DNA of 64,000 nucleotides from an uncultured Actinomycetota bacterium (GCA_963726875.1 CAVSDU010000012.1:20323-84322), one strand, 5' to 3'; shown: positions 1 through 13,371, numbered from the stretch's first letter. Notes: a model not told the origin generated them from the sequence alone. Made by a program: numbers and translations.

Positions 1-369
1 CAGGTCGATATTGCTGGGCACCAGATCCAGGTTCTTGACCCGGGTGTGGATCAGCACGTCGTCGATCGACACCCGCGGCTCCACCAGCACGTTGTGGATC
101 GTCTTTTCCAGCTCGTAGTGCGGCACGCCCAGTCCGGCCGACAGCGCGCCCTGCGGGTCCATGTCCACCAGCAACACCCGCCGGCCGTATTCGGCCAGCG
201 CTGCGCCCAGGTTGATCGTCGACGTCGTCTTGCCGACGCCACCCTTCTGGTTGCACATCGCGACGACCTTGGCCGGGCCGTGGCTGGCCAGCGGCTTGGG
301 GTCAGGGATTACCCGCGGCGGCCGGCCGGTCAGGCCGATCTCCGGACCGTTGCCGGGGTGGTCGGTCAT
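1..369 (-). CDS. ParA/Soj family ATPase (Rv1708-like), runs off the window edge
   Basis: Minus-strand translation from ATG at 369 gives MTDHPGNGPEIGLTGRPPR...MCNQKGGVGKTTSTINLGAAL...LLVDMDPQG, the ParA deviant Walker A motif. Confidence 0.9.
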   Translation of the reverse strand, partial: MTDHPGNGPEIGLTGRPPRVIPDPKPLASHGPAKVVAMCNQKGGVGKTTSTINLGAALAEYGRRVLLVDMDPQGALSAGLGVPHYELEKTIHNVLVEPRVSIDDVLIHTRVKNLDLVPSNIDL

Positions 370-512
370 GCCCGGTCGCGGTGGGTGGTGACGGGCGTCA
401 GCGTGGACATTGCAGGAAAGTGTAACGGCTGGATTCGCCTGCGCCGGGAGACCCGCAGGCAACGTTCCAGACGCGTCGGCGCACGGTGGATTTACGGGCC
501 TATGGTGTCGAT

Positions 513-1265
513 ATGGACCTGAAGCGACGCATACCCCTGCTGCGGTGGTCGGTATGGCGAATGGCCACCGGCGCGCGCAACATCACCAAGACCGGCCAGA
601 TCGGTGACGGACGCGAAGCGGCGGCCGTCGAATACGTGCTCACCAACGCGCGCGCCGGCGATGTCGACGACGTGCTGGCCACCATCGACAGGTTCGCCTA
701 CGAGAAGTCGATGTTGATCAACGTCGGGGACGAGAAAGGGCAACTGCTCGACGCCGCGGTGCGACGCGCCCACCCGTCGGTGGCGCTCGAACTCGGTACC
801 TACGTCGGTTACGGCGCGCTACGGATTGCGCGGGCCGCTCCCGGCGCCAAGGTGTACTCCGTCGAACTCGCCGAGGCCAACGCTGCCAACGCCCGACGGA
901 TCTGGGCTCATGCCGGCGTGGCCGACCGGGTGACTTGCGTCGTCGGCACCATCGGTGATGGCGGGCGCACCTTGGACGCATTGGCCCGAGACCACGGATT
1001 CAGCTCTGGCACAGTTGATTTCCTGTTCCTGGATCACGACAAAGACGCGTACCTGGACGACCTGAAGAGCATCTTGGGCCGAGGGTGGCTGCATCGGGGC
1101 TCGATCGCTGTCGCTGACAATGTCAGGGTGCCCGGGGCACCGCAGTACCGCGGATACATGCGTGAACAACAGGGCACGACGTGGGACACCATTGAGCACA
1201 AGACGCATCTGGAATACCAGTCGATGGTGTCGGACTTGGTGCTCGAGTCCGAGTACCTGGGCTAG
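513..1265 (+). CDS. catechol O-methyltransferase-like SAM-dependent methyltransferase (Rv1703c-like)
   Basis: Motifs NVGDEKG, LELGTYVGY, FLFLDHDK and VADNV. The start could be 486 or 513. Confidence 0.88.
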   Translation: MDLKRRIPLLRWSVWRMATGARNITKTGQIGDGREAAAVEYVLTNARAGDVDDVLATIDRFAYEKSMLINVGDEKGQLLDAAVRRAHPSVALELGTYVGYGALRIARAAPGAKVYSVELAEANAANARRIWAHAGVADRVTCVVGTIGDGGRTLDALARDHGFSSGTVDFLFLDHDKDAYLDDLKSILGRGWLHRGSIAVADNVRVPGAPQYRGYMREQQGTTWDTIEHKTHLEYQSMVSDLVLESEYLG

Positions 1266-1283
1266 GCGGCCGGCGAGCGCTGG

Positions 1284-2227
1284 TTATCTGGCGCGCGGGT
1301 GGGCTCCGGCCCACACCTCACGCAGGGCATGCACGGTGACCAGGGTGTAGATCTGCGTGGTGGTCACCGAGGCGTGACCCAGCAACTCTTGCACCACCCG
1401 CACGTCGGCGCCGCCCTCCAGCAGGTGCGTGGCGAAGCTGTGCCGCAGCATGTGCGGCGACACACCTGAGGTGATGCCGGCGCGCTCGGCCGCGTCCTGC
1501 AATACCTGCCACGCACTCTGCCGCGACAACCGACCGCCACGGGCATTGAGGAAAATCGCGGGCGTACCACGTCCTCGTCGGGCCAAGTCGGGACGACCGC
1601 GCACCAGGTACGCGTCGAGTGCCTGTACGGCAGGACGACCGACGGGTACCAGCCGCTGCTTACCGCCCTTGCCGCGCAACAACGCCGACCTCGCGTGCGT
1701 GTCGATGTCGTCGACGTCGAGCCCGACGGCTTCGGAGATCCGGGACCCGGTGGAGTACAACAGCTCCAGTAGCGCCCGGTTACGCAACGTCAACGGGCCG
1801 TCGGACGCATCCTCGCCGCCGGCGGCGTCCAGTAGCGCCAACACCTGGTCGACGGTCAGGCTCTTCGGCAACCGGCGGCCCGGCGTCGGCGGTCTGACCG
1901 CCCGCGCCACGTCCAGCTCGGCCAGCCCTTCAGCAGCGGCGAATCGATGCAGTCCACGCACCGCGATCAGGGCCCGCGCCGCCGAGACCGCGGACAGCGG
2001 CACCGCACCGGATTCGGGGTCTCCCCTGCGCAGCGCCACCAAGAACTCACTGACGTCGTTCTCACCGACCTTGCCAGGTCGTGAATTCCCCGTTCTTCCA
2101 GATGTTTCGAGTAGCGGCGCAGGTCGCGGCGATAGGAACTCAGGGTGTTGGCAGCAACGCCCCGCTCGATCGTCAGATGGTCGAGGTAGCCCTGCATCTG
2201 GACATCGAGCGTCAATGCCGCCGTCAC
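1284..2227 (-). CDS. xerD: tyrosine recombinase XerD (apparent frameshift near 2073)
   Basis: N-terminus [23 protein letters not shown] lies in ORF 1967-2227. The C-terminus ([38 protein letters not shown]) lies in ORF 1284-2390. It sits downstream of pyrG-NUDIX as in M. tuberculosis. Confidence 0.92.
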
Positions 2228-2839
2228 TGCGCGGCCTTGCGCTTGGCGAATGCCGTCGGCTTGTCGATCCAGGGAGTGTCCAGAGGACGCGGCTGGGCGA
2301 TGCCGGTCGTGACCGCGTGGGCCGCGAGAATCCCGGCAATAGCAATCGAATTGACGATTTGTCCGCTGAGAGCCCGATCGACCGCCTCATCGAGAGAAAA
2401 CCACCGCATCGTCATGTCGGCTTCTTCGTCGTGCGCCTCGGGCCGGCCGATGTCGCTCAGCCCGGTGGCCAGATAGACGCGCACCGATTCGTCGCTGTAA
2501 CCCGGGGCGGTATTGACGTCCAGCAGTACCTTCCAAGTGTCGGCGTGCAGTCCGACCTCCTCCTCGAGTTCACGCACGGCCGTGAGGTGCGGCGCCTCAT
2601 CCGGGGCGTCAAGCAGTCCGGCGGGCAACTCCCATATCCTGCGGCCGTAAGTGTGGCGATACTGGTAAACCATTGCGATGTCGTTATTTTCGTTCATCGC
2701 GACCACCGCCACCGCCCCGTAGTGCTCGAGGACTTCGCGTTTCGCGGTGTCGCCGCCCGGCATCCGCACCTCGTCGCGGCGTAGCGCGAAAATGGCTCCC
2801 TGGTAGAGGATTTGCGACGATACCGTCTCGAAGTCGTGC

Positions 2840-2847
<8 letters not shown>
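2224..2847 (-). CDS. NUDIX hydrolase, ADP-ribose pyrophosphatase (Rv1700-like)
   Basis: Nudix box ELPAGLLD...[10 protein letters not shown]. Confidence 0.92.
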
Positions 2848-4695
<1,848 letters not shown>

Positions 4696-4731
4696 CTAAC
4701 ATCCACCGCGGCCCGCCGCGTGGAACACGCC

Positions 4732-5680
4732 CTACTGGGGGAAGGACGGTCACTGACGTCGCGCCATGCCCGGTGCCGTAGTGGCCGGCATGGCCGCCGC
4801 CCACCAGGTCGTGCAGGGCCAGGATCGCGGTGATACGTCCGGGCTCGGCGTCGACGTCGTCAACGGTGCTGATCGCGGCCGCCATACCGCCATCGGCGCG
4901 GGCCACGGCCACCGCGGCACTACCACCGGCCGAGCCGTCGCGGCCGGCCAGTACCGTGCCCGAGCCATGAGGCGCCAGTGCAGCGGCGAACCGCGCCACG
5001 GTGACTCCCTGATTGCCGGCGTCGGCGGGCACTGCGCCGCCGGTGACGACGATGGCGGCGTTCGCCGCCGCCATGTGATTGTTGGGCTGGTAGGTGATGA
5101 AGCCGGTCTCGCGCAGGGCGCCCAGCACCGTGTCGCGCGCGGTGTCGTCCACGGCCGGTAGTTGGGGATTGGTGTTGACCAGCAGGGCGATGCCCAGCAG
5201 GTCGCCGGCCTGCGAACCCTGGTCGACCAGCTTGGTGCTCAATTGGGTACCGGCCGGCAGAATCGCGGAGTTGACCACCGTGCGCAGTTTCTCCCCGGAG
5301 TTGGCCTCGACGAATTCGTGCGTCAGTGACACCGTGCCGGTGACGGAGCCGCCGGCCTGTCCGACGATTTTCGACACCGCGGCCACGTCGTCGTCTTTGG
5401 CGTCCGGGGTACGGAACAGGACCACCGTCTTGCCCGTCAACGCCTCGTGCACGATTCGGCCGAGCACTTGGGCATCGAAAGTATTTGCCGCGCTGAGCTT
5501 TTCATTCAACTGATTGCGCTGGTCGTTGAGTCCACTGACCTGGGCGGCCAGGTCGCGCTTCTCGTTACGCAGGCTGGACAGCACGGTGTCGGAGAAGAAG
5601 CCGGAGCCCAGCACCACCCCGATGGCCAGCGCCAGGAAGACGGCGGCCAGCGAGATGGCGTGTTGGCGTAACGAGATCAT
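4732..5680 (-). CDS. mctB: MctB/SteB family protein (Rv1698-like); apparent indel in a C-run just before the TAG at 4732-4734
   Basis: N-terminal TM segment MISLRQHAISLAAVFLALAIGVVLGSG followed by a coiled coil. Ends ...GHYGTGHGATSVTV. Lies between steA and pyrG. Confidence 0.88.
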
Positions 5681-5691
5681 CAGGGCACTTC

Positions 5692-6873
5692 CTACGAGAT
5701 CAGGTGCTGGATCCAGAGAGTGAAGCGGTTCCAGTAGTCGAAGATCCAATGCACCACCACGCCGTCGGTGCGGGACACCCACAGCACGACGATGATGGCG
5801 ATCAGCATGGTCAGCGCCAGCAGCGCGATGGCGCCACCCGAGATGTGGTTGCGGTACAGGGTGGCCACCGCTTTGGCGTCCACCAGCTTCTCCCCTACCC
5901 GCAGCCGGGTCAGGAAGGTCGACGGGTTGCTCTGCGAACGCGTTCGGTCGAAGAACGTCTCGATGTTGGCAGTGTGGCCGGCGGTGACCAGCAGGGCTGC
6001 GCCGTGATGGTCGGCCAGCAGCAGGGCCAGGTCGGTGGCAGAACCGGCGGCAGGGAATGTCATCGCCCCGACACCGAGGTCCTGGATCCGTTCCAGACCG
6101 GCAGCATGGCCGTCGGCGTCGGCGGGCAGCACCACCTGGGCGCCGCACTTGAGGACTTCGGCGCTGATCTGGTCGGGGTCGCCGACGATGAGCTGGGGGC
6201 GGTAGCCCGCCTTGCGCAGGACGTCGGCTCCTTGACCGACACCCACGAGGACGGGTTGGTACTCCTTGATGAAGGGCTTGAGGGACTTCAAATCGTCCTC
6301 GGCGCTGGGCTCCTCGGAGACGATCACCACATGACGGCGGCGCATGTCGACGTCGATGTCGGGAATGCCGATTCCGTCGATCAACAGCGGGCTTTCGCTG
6401 CGGATGAACTCAATTGTGTTGCCGGCGAACGCTTCCAGATGCGCGGCCAGGCCGCTCTTGGCCTCCCGCATCAGGTCGGCGATGTCATGATCGGTGCGCT
6501 CGGTGCCGCGGATCAGCCGGCGGTCCCCGGAGTACACGCCACCTTCGTACAGACGGATCTTGGAGCCGTCCTTGACCTTCTTGAAGATCTCGGGGCCGGT
6601 CTCGTCGATCAGGGTGACCCCGTTGTTGACCAGGACCTCGGGGCCGAGGTTGGGATAGCGGCCCGAGACGGACGGGGATGCATTGACGACGGCGGCGATG
6701 TCAGCTTCAACCAGCGCGTCGGCGGTGATGCGGTCGAGATCCAGGATGTCGAGGACCACGATGTCGCCGGGGCAAACCCTGCGCAGCAGTCGGTCGATGT
6801 TCCGATCGACGCGGGCGGTGCCGATCAGGCCGGGCCGGACGGTGTTGCGAGTTAGAAGCGCTGACATCTTCAT
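5692..6873 (-). CDS. steA: SteA, thiamine pyrophosphokinase-like cell-division protein (Rv1697-like)
   Basis: Motifs DLDRITADAL, SGRYPNLGP, STFLTRLRVG and a C-terminal TM helix. recN-steA-steB-pyrG synteny. Confidence 0.88.
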   Translation of the reverse strand: MKMSALLTRNTVRPGLIGTARVDRNIDRLLRRVCPGDIVVLDILDLDRITADALVEADIAAVVNASPSVSGRYPNLGPEVLVNNGVTLIDETGPEIFKKVKDGSKIRLYEGGVYSGDRRLIRGTERTDHDIADLMREAKSGLAAHLEAFAGNTIEFIRSESPLLIDGIGIPDIDVDMRRRHVVIVSEEPSAEDDLKSLKPFIKEYQPVLVGVGQGADVLRKAGYRPQLIVGDPDQISAEVLKCGAQVVLPADADGHAAGLERIQDLGVGAMTFPAAGSATDLALLLADHHGAALLVTAGHTANIETFFDRTRSQSNPSTFLTRLRVGEKLVDAKAVATLYRNHISGGAIALLALTMLIAIIVVLWVSRTDGVVVHWIFDYWNRFTLWIQHLIS

Positions 6874-6950
6874 GGGAGCCGATTCTGTCGGCGATAGAAG
6901 CGTTGCAGCGCGGAGGCGCGCCGTAACATCTGCCCCAGAAGTTATAAAGC

Positions 6951-6965
6951 GTCACATCTGTCACA
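6951..6965. promoter_or_regulatory. GTCACA direct repeat upstream of steA, possible MtrA-type site
   Basis: GTCACA-tct-GTCACA about 80 bp upstream of the steA start. Assignment to MtrA is inference. Confidence 0.3.
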
Positions 6966-7090
6966 TTTGCATCGCGGGCTTGTCTCGGGGTCAGCCCCGG
7001 TCGCGCGAGCGCCCGCGTTTGTACAGAGACACGCCGCCGCGGGCGGCATTATGCGGACGCTCGCGGCCCGGGCAGCGCGCGGTGCCGAAT

Positions 7091-8834
7091 TTACGCGCGA
7101 TCGCGCTGCGCGGTCTCGAGCAGTTCGCGGGCGTGTGCGCGGCCACTGTCGGACTCCCCCAGCCCGGCCAGCATCCGGGCCAGCTCGGCTACCCTGTCGT
7201 CGCTGGTCAGACGGCGTACTCCGCTGGTGCCCTCTAGGCCCCTGACTGTGCACCACCAGGTGCACGTCGGCGTAGGCCGCGACCTGCGGCAGATGCGTGA
7301 CGACGATGACCTGGTGGGTGCGGGCCAGCCGGGCCAGCCGTCGGCCGATCTGCACCGCCGCCCAGCCGCCCACCCCGGCGTCGACCTCGTCGAACACCAT
7401 CGTGGTGCCGGTGGCCGAAGCGGAAAGCACCACCTCCAGCGCCAGCATCACCCGCGACAGCTCGCCGCCGGAGGCGCTCTTCGCCAGCGGCAGCACCGAC
7501 ATCCCGCGGTGTGCGGCGAAGCCGAATTCCACCACATCGATGCCGTCGGCGCCGACCCGCGCCGGTTCGCCGTCAGGCAGGATCAGCGCGGACGGATCGT
7601 GGGGATCGGCCACATCAGTGGTGACGCCGATGGTGAAGTCGGCGCTGTTCATGGCCAGACCGGCGAGCTCCGCGGTGACCTCTTTGGCCAGCTTCTTGGC
7701 CGCCTTGCGCCTGATCTTGCTGAGATCAATGGCGGCTTGGCCCAATTCACGTCCAAGTTCATCGACCCGGCGTTCCAGTGCGGCGAGCCCTTCTTCGGAC
7801 ACGTCGAGTTGAGCCAACCGGTCGCGTGAGTCCTGCGCCCACTGCAGCACCCCGTCGATATCGGCGGCGTACTTGCGGGTCAGCGTGCGCAGCTGGGCTT
7901 GGCGGGCCAGTTTGGCGTCCAGTGCGCTGGCGTCGGTGGGCAGCGCGTCGAGGTAGTCGCCCAATTCGCCGACCGCATCGACAACCACCGTCAACGCGCC
8001 ACCGATCTGGTCGGCCAGCGCGCGCAACCTGGCGTCGCCAGTCGATTCCAGCGCATCCCGAGCCCGTCCGAGGGCGTCGGCGGCACCGAAGGCCTCGTCT
8101 GACGAACTGGACAACGCCTCGCGCGACGACGCTGCGGCTTCGCGCAAGGTATCCAGTTCTGAGAGCCGGACGATGTCGGCGACCAGCGCTTCGTCTTCTC
8201 CTGGTTGCGGGTCGACGGTGTCGATCTCGTTGAGCGCGAACTTGAGCCGATCGGCCTCCTGAACGAGTTCGCGGGTCCGGTCACGCCGGTCGATGAGGTC
8301 GCGCCGCGCTGCCAGCCACGCTTCCCGTAACTTGCGGTAGCGCTCCAACCCGGGGGCGGTGGCTGCGAACCGGTCCAACGCGCCGCGCTGCTCGTCGGGT
8401 CGCATGAGTCGCAACTGGTCATTTTGGCCGTGCAGGGCCAGCAGCTGAGTGGTGAAGCCGCTCAACGACTTTGCGGGGACGCTCCGGCCACCGAGGTAGG
8501 CGCGCGACGGCCCCTCGCGGTTGACGGTGCGCAACGCGATCACGCTGCCGTCTTCGTCGCGCTCCGCACCGGAGGCGTCCAGGATCTCGTCGAGTCCGGC
8601 GGTGACCGCATCGTCGACATCGGTTGTGGTGAAACGACCTTCGACCACGGCGCGCTCGGATCCCGACCGCACGCGGGTCGCGTCGGCACGGGCACCGCCG
8701 AGCAGGTGCAGGCCGGTCACGACCATCGTCTTCCCGGTACCGGTCTCCCCCGTCAGCACGGTCAGCCCACGATCGAACTCGGCGGTCGCAACGCTGATGG
8801 CACCCAGCGCTTCGATGCGAATCTCGGTCAGCAC
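7091..8834 (-). CDS. recN: DNA repair protein RecN (apparent frameshift near 7235)
   Basis: Walker [24 protein letters not shown], and [11 protein letters not shown]. The C-terminus ...[11 protein letters not shown]...[11 protein letters not shown] is in another frame. Confidence 0.94.
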
Positions 8835-8840
8835 CGCGCC

Positions 8841-9765
8841 GTACTGCCCACGCCAACCTGTCACCGGTAACCGGAACTTGGTCACCAACCGGTCGGTGAA
8901 CGGTGCGCTGTCCAGTCGCGCCCACTTCACCGGGGTGCTGCACCGGGTCACTTCAAGCCGACTGCCCGCCGGCACCACCATCTGCTCGACGACCGTCGCA
9001 GAACACCAGCGCGTCATGACCATCTGCCTCGATCTCGATGGCGATGACGGCATCGGGGCTGGTGACCATGGGCCGGCCGAACAGCGCGTGAGCGTTGTTG
9101 GGTACCACCAGAATTGCTTCCAGGTCAGGCCACAACACCGGACCGCCCGCAGAGAACGCGTACGCGGTGGATCCGGTGGGCGTCGACACCAGCACCCCGT
9201 CACAGCCGAACGTCGACACCGGCCGGCCGTCGATTTCGACGACGACGCCGAGGACGCCGAGCCGTGGACCTTTTTCCAGGCTGGCCTCATTGAGCGCCCA
9301 ACCCTGATCGATGATGTCGCCGCCCTTGCGTACCACGACATCAAGGGTCAGCCGGTCTTCCACCCGGTAGTCTTGCGCCACAACGTGTTCGAGGACGACG
9401 TCGATCGCCTCGGCTTCGGCCTCGGCCAGAAATCCGATGCGGCCCAGGTTGATACCCAGCACCGGAATGTCGACGTTCCGGGCCAGTTCGGCGGCCCGCA
9501 GGAAAGTTCCGTCACCACCCAGCACCAGGACCAGTTCGCAGCCCTCGGCGGCCATCGGATCGGCATCGACGACCTCGATATCGACGCCCAAATCCCGCAT
9601 ATCGTTGGGGCTCAGCCGCAACGAGCCCTTGTCGACCGCCTCCGCGGACAGCGCCCGTAGCGCAATCCCGTTGTCTTCCAACACCTTCTCGACCCGCCTG
9701 GCGGTCTCGGTCGCTTCATCGCGACCGGAGTGGACAACCAGCAGGACGGTGCGTGCGGTGCTCAC
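8841..9765 (-). CDS. ppnK: NAD kinase (apparent frameshift near 8985; stop codon apparently miscalled)
   Basis: Motifs LGGDGT, ALNE and [15 protein letters not shown]. The C-terminus [19 protein letters not shown] is in another frame. Confidence 0.93.
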
Positions 9766-10628
9766 TGAGGTCCTCTTTCCGGTTGCCCGACTCCGTCTCG
9801 GGGTGTGCCGCCCCGGACCGTCGTCGGGCCCTCGCTCACTGCGCGCCGCGCGGCCGCCAGCAGCTCATCCCCGGCCAGCGCGCGATCGGTCTGGGCACGG
9901 AGCCACAGGAAATATTCGACGTTGCCCGATGGCCCCGGCAGCGGGCTGGCCGTCACGTCGACGGTGTGCCAGCCCAGCTCCGCGGCACGCCGCGAGACCG
10001 CGAGTACCGAATCGACGCGCATCTGGGGGTCCTGCACCACCCCACCGGGCCCGACCTGACCCTTGCCCACCTCAAACTGCGGCTTCACCATGGGAACGAT
10101 ATCGGCGTCGGGCGAAGCGCAACCAACCAGCGCGGGCAACACCGTCGCCAATGAGATGAATGACAGGTCTGCTACCACCACGTCGGCGGGCCCGCCGATC
10201 GCCTCGGGTGACAGGTCGCGCACGTTGGTGCGTTCGACGACGACCACCCGCGGATCACTCCGCAGCGACCACGCGAGCTGCCCGTATCCCACGTCGGCAG
10301 CAACCACTTGTGCGGCGCCGCGGTCCAGCAGGACCTCGGTGAACCCGCCGGTCGAGGCCCCGGCGTCCAGGCAGCGCCGGCCCTCGACGGTGATCTGGAA
10401 GGCGTCCAGTGCGCCGATGAGTTTGTGCGCACCCCGCGACACCCAGGAGCGTTCGCCGTCGTCGGCCACGGTGAGCGCCGCGGTGACCGCGACGGAGGTG
10501 GCCGGCTTGACCGCCGGTAGTCCGTCGATACGCACCTTGCCGGCGCCGATCAACTCGGCGGCCTGTTGACGAGAGCGCGCCAGACCCCGCCGCACCAACT
10601 CGGCGTCGACGCGAGCACGCCGTGGCAT
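9762..10628 (-). CDS. tlyA: TlyA rRNA 2'-O-methyltransferase
   Basis: S4 domain [15 protein letters not shown], plus [25 protein letters not shown] and GPSGNVEYF. Confidence 0.95.
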   Translation of the reverse strand: MPRRARVDAELVRRGLARSRQQAAELIGAGKVRIDGLPAVKPATSVAVTAALTVADDGERSWVSRGAHKLIGALDAFQITVEGRRCLDAGASTGGFTEVLLDRGAAQVVAADVGYGQLAWSLRSDPRVVVVERTNVRDLSPEAIGGPADVVVADLSFISLATVLPALVGCASPDADIVPMVKPQFEVGKGQVGPGGVVQDPQMRVDSVLAVSRRAAELGWHTVDVTASPLPGPSGNVEYFLWLRAQTDRALAGDELLAAARRAVSEGPTTVRGGTPRDGVGQPERGPQ

Positions 10629-10636
10629 GCGGGCAC

Positions 10637-10813
10637 TCAGCCCTTCTCCGCCGACTCCAGCGCCCGCAGCAGCACGTCGTGCGCCTCGGAAAGGCGGCGG
10701 GCGATGTCTTCCAACTCCTGCAGGGACGGCCCGGTGCCGCCGTCAGCGGCGTCAGGCAGCTGGGCCATCAGGGATTCGATTTCCGCGCGAATCTGCTCAG
10801 GATCGATAGTCAT
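10637..10813 (-). CDS. small conserved hypothetical protein (Rv1693-like), 58 aa
   Basis: Read directly from the sequence (below the track cut-off): MTIDPEQIRAEIESLMAQLP...ARRLSEAHDVLLRALESAEKG*, with an AGGAG RBS upstream. Confidence 0.8.
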   Translation of the reverse strand: MTIDPEQIRAEIESLMAQLPDAADGGTGPSLQELEDIARRLSEAHDVLLRALESAEKG

Positions 10814-10836
10814 TGCGCTCCTACGGTAGTCACCGG

Positions 10837-11850
10837 CTACTCGCCGCGCATCAGGGACCAGCGGTCCAGGGCGTCGCGGGCCCGGTCGTCGCCGGCTTCG
10901 ATCGGCACCCGGGCGGACGCGTCCCAGACGGCACTGGCGACGGCGCGGACGACCGCGAGGTCGTCGTCCTGGTGGTCGTCGGTCCCCAGAGGTCGGCTGG
11001 TCACCGTGGCCACCTCGTCCCGGACCTCGACCCGCCAGCCGGGTTGCGGTCCCACCTTCAGCAGCTCGCCGTCCTGGTGTAGCGACCTCAGGTCGTAGCC
11101 GATATAGGTGGGCCGCTGAGCGGGCTCGGCAAATACGGCGTCACGCGCGGAATTCACCCCGGTGAGCACCATCAGGCTGGGCAGTTCGGCGGCATTGGCG
11201 CCTTCGATGTCGGTGTCGAGCCGGTCACCGACGACCAATGGCGCTGCGAACTCGCCGCGGCCTACCGCATCTTTCATCAATTGCGGGCCCGGTTTGCCGG
11301 CCACCTGAGGCCGCTCTCCGGTGGCGGCACGCAATGCGGCCACCAGAGATCCGTTGCCGGGCAACAGGCCTCGCTCGGTGGGCAGCGTGAGGTCGACATT
11401 GGCCGCCACCCACAGCGCGCCCGCCCGGATGGCCAGCGCGGCCTCGGCCAGCTCGGGCCAGCCGATGGTCATGGAAAGTCCTTGAACGACGGCGTCCGGC
11501 TCGTCTTCGAAACGACGGACCGGCTGCAAGCCTGCGGTAGTGATCTCGTCGGCCAGTGCGTCGGTGCCGACGATCAGCACCTTCGAACCCGGTGGCAGTT
11601 GTGCGGCGAGCAGGTGGGCTGCGCTTTGCGCGCTGGTGACGACGTCGTCGCTGCCGGCGGTGAAACCGAGTTCGCGCAGGTGTGCGGCGACCTCGTCGGC
11701 GCTACGGGAGGCGTTGTTGGTGACGAACAGCTTGCGGCTGTTTATTTCGTCCAGCGAGTCCACGGCGCCCTCGGTGGGCTGATGGCCGCGAAAGACCGTT
11801 CCGTCCAGGTCGAGCAGCAGACAATCATATTGCCGCGCAATGCTATTCAT
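10837..11850 (-). CDS. HAD-IIA family phosphatase (Rv1692-like)
   Basis: Motifs LLLDLDGTVF, FVTNNASRS, AGKP and VGDRLDTDI. Confidence 0.92.
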   Translation of the reverse strand: MNSIARQYDCLLLDLDGTVFRGHQPTEGAVDSLDEINSRKLFVTNNASRSADEVAAHLRELGFTAGSDDVVTSAQSAAHLLAAQLPPGSKVLIVGTDALADEITTAGLQPVRRFEDEPDAVVQGLSMTIGWPELAEAALAIRAGALWVAANVDLTLPTERGLLPGNGSLVAALRAATGERPQVAGKPGPQLMKDAVGRGEFAAPLVVGDRLDTDIEGANAAELPSLMVLTGVNSARDAVFAEPAQRPTYIGYDLRSLHQDGELLKVGPQPGWRVEVRDEVATVTSRPLGTDDHQDDDLAVVRAVASAVWDASARVPIEAGDDRARDALDRWSLMRGE

Positions 11851-11851
11851 C

Positions 11852-12634
11852 TCAGCCAAGTTCGCTGACCCGGTCTTCGGCATCGGTGACGCCTTCGATG
11901 TCGGCGGCCGCAGAACGCAGGAACCACTGCACCGCTTCTTCGCCGCGTCCGAGCGCGAGCAGCGTTTCGGCGTAGGCGTAGAACAACCGCGCGGCCGTCG
12001 AACCGGTGCGGCCCGGATCCAGCTGCGGGGTGGACAACACCGTCAGCGCCTGTTCGAGTTGCCCCAGATCGGCGCGGGCACCGGCGGCGACGATGCGCAG
12101 TTCGTCGGCGTCGTCACCGCTGAGCTCGGCCGCCTCGGGCCCGCGCGCCAAGTCAATAGCGCGCTGCGGGCGCCCGAGGCCGCGTTCGCAATCGGCGATC
12201 AGTGCCAGCAACGCGGACTTGCTGCCCATCCGCCGGGCGGCACGAAATTCGGCCAGCGCCTGGCCCCAGTCGCCGCAGTGGTACGCGGCGATCCCGACCG
12301 CCTCTCGAACCGCGGCGATACGGCTGGCGCGAGCGCGGGCCGCGCGTGCATGGCTGAGTGCGCCTTCGGGATCGTCGTCGAGCAGGCCGCCCGCGGCGAC
12401 CAGGTGACGTGCCACCGCGTCGGCGGTGGCCCGGTCCAGGGTGCTCAGTTCGCGTCGCACGTCGGGTGCCAGTTGCCGGGCGTCGATGTCGGCGGGAATC
12501 GGCGGGCCGGCGTGGGCGGCCTCAGCGTGGGGTTGGGCCGGTCGCGCCCGGCCCGAACCGGAGCGCCGCGGCGCGCCGTCGGAGCCAGACCGCGGTCGCC
12601 GCTCACTGCCACGACCGCGCCTGTCATCGACCAC
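11852..12634 (-). CDS. TPR-repeat conserved protein (Rv1691-like)
   Basis: Helical repeats (VARHLVAAG, ADCERGLGRPQRA, RLFYAYAETLL) and synteny. Start uncertain. Confidence 0.82.
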   Translation of the reverse strand: MVDDRRGRGSERRPRSGSDGAPRRSGSGRARPAQPHAEAAHAGPPIPADIDARQLAPDVRRELSTLDRATADAVARHLVAAGGLLDDDPEGALSHARAARARASRIAAVREAVGIAAYHCGDWGQALAEFRAARRMGSKSALLALIADCERGLGRPQRAIDLARGPEAAELSGDDADELRIVAAGARADLGQLEQALTVLSTPQLDPGRTGSTAARLFYAYAETLLALGRGEEAVQWFLRSAAADIEGVTDAEDRVSELG

Positions 12635-12760
12635 CCGCTAGAGGTTACGGGTACCGCCGCTGCGCTTACAATTTGCGGTCCGGCCGGTACCGCGGGTGGC
12701 CGGCCTGCAGCAACGGTTCGTTGCATGGTCGAACGCGGCCGGCGGCGCCGGCGGGGCGAG

Positions 12761-13111
12761 CTAGGCCTGCAGTCGGTGCGGCAGCATCGGCGAGATCAAT
12801 GCCGGGCAGTAGGTCGCGATCGCAACAATGGTGAATGCGGCCGCCCGCTCCGGCGGCAGGCCGCTGATTTCGGCCATCTCGGAGACGATGGAGTCGAACG
12901 ATCCGCCAGGTGCCAGCACCTTGGGACACACCGAGCGACCCAGAGCTGCCGTGGTGGCCGGTTGACTGTAGGGGATGCCCGCGTTATTCAGCGCATTCAG
13001 AAACGCGTTGCCCATCATGTCGGCATGGATCGGCGCCGCCATCGTGGCCGACACTCCGAACACGCCTGCGGCCAAAGCCAGAAGTCTGAGGGCGATCGCG
13101 GGTGCGGTCAT
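12761..13111 (-). CDS. lprJ: DUF732 secreted protein (LprJ/Rv1690-like)
   Basis: Signal peptide ending PIHAD, followed by FLNALNNAGI, GRSVC and AIATYCP, the DUF732 pattern. Start could be 13132. Confidence 0.82.
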   Translation of the reverse strand: MTAPAIALRLLALAAGVFGVSATMAAPIHADMMGNAFLNALNNAGIPYSQPATTAALGRSVCPKVLAPGGSFDSIVSEMAEISGLPPERAAAFTIVAIATYCPALISPMLPHRLQA

Positions 13112-13371
13112 CGTGACAACAGTGGTCAACAACTGTCACATTCGCAACACGGTGAGGTAAAGGTTTACCCACTAACGCGTTTTGGTTCCGGTTCCCGGAC
13201 AGCGCGCGGGCTACGGGCCTGCTGTCCCCCATTCGGCGGACACAGTCGTCATGCCGATGGCGGACCCGGAATTCCGCCCGCAATCAGCCAGCTGTGGGAT
13301 ACCACGGCGGTCCGGCGCAACCAAGAATTGGTCTCAACGCAGTCGACCACCACCGCCGAGAGGAACACCCC

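Noticed and set aside
1284-2227. Tyrosine recombinase as the integrase of a mobile element
   Set aside because: It is housekeeping xerD in conserved synteny, with no att sites or cargo seen.
6942-9344. 800-aa ORF suggesting an NAD kinase-RecN fusion
   Set aside because: It is explained by a frameshift in ppnK and an apparently miscalled stop near 8841. Both genes are otherwise ordinary.
9762-9825. C-terminal extension of TlyA
   Set aside because: It could result from one missing base at the expected stop after ...SEGP, and cannot be trusted given the indel rate.
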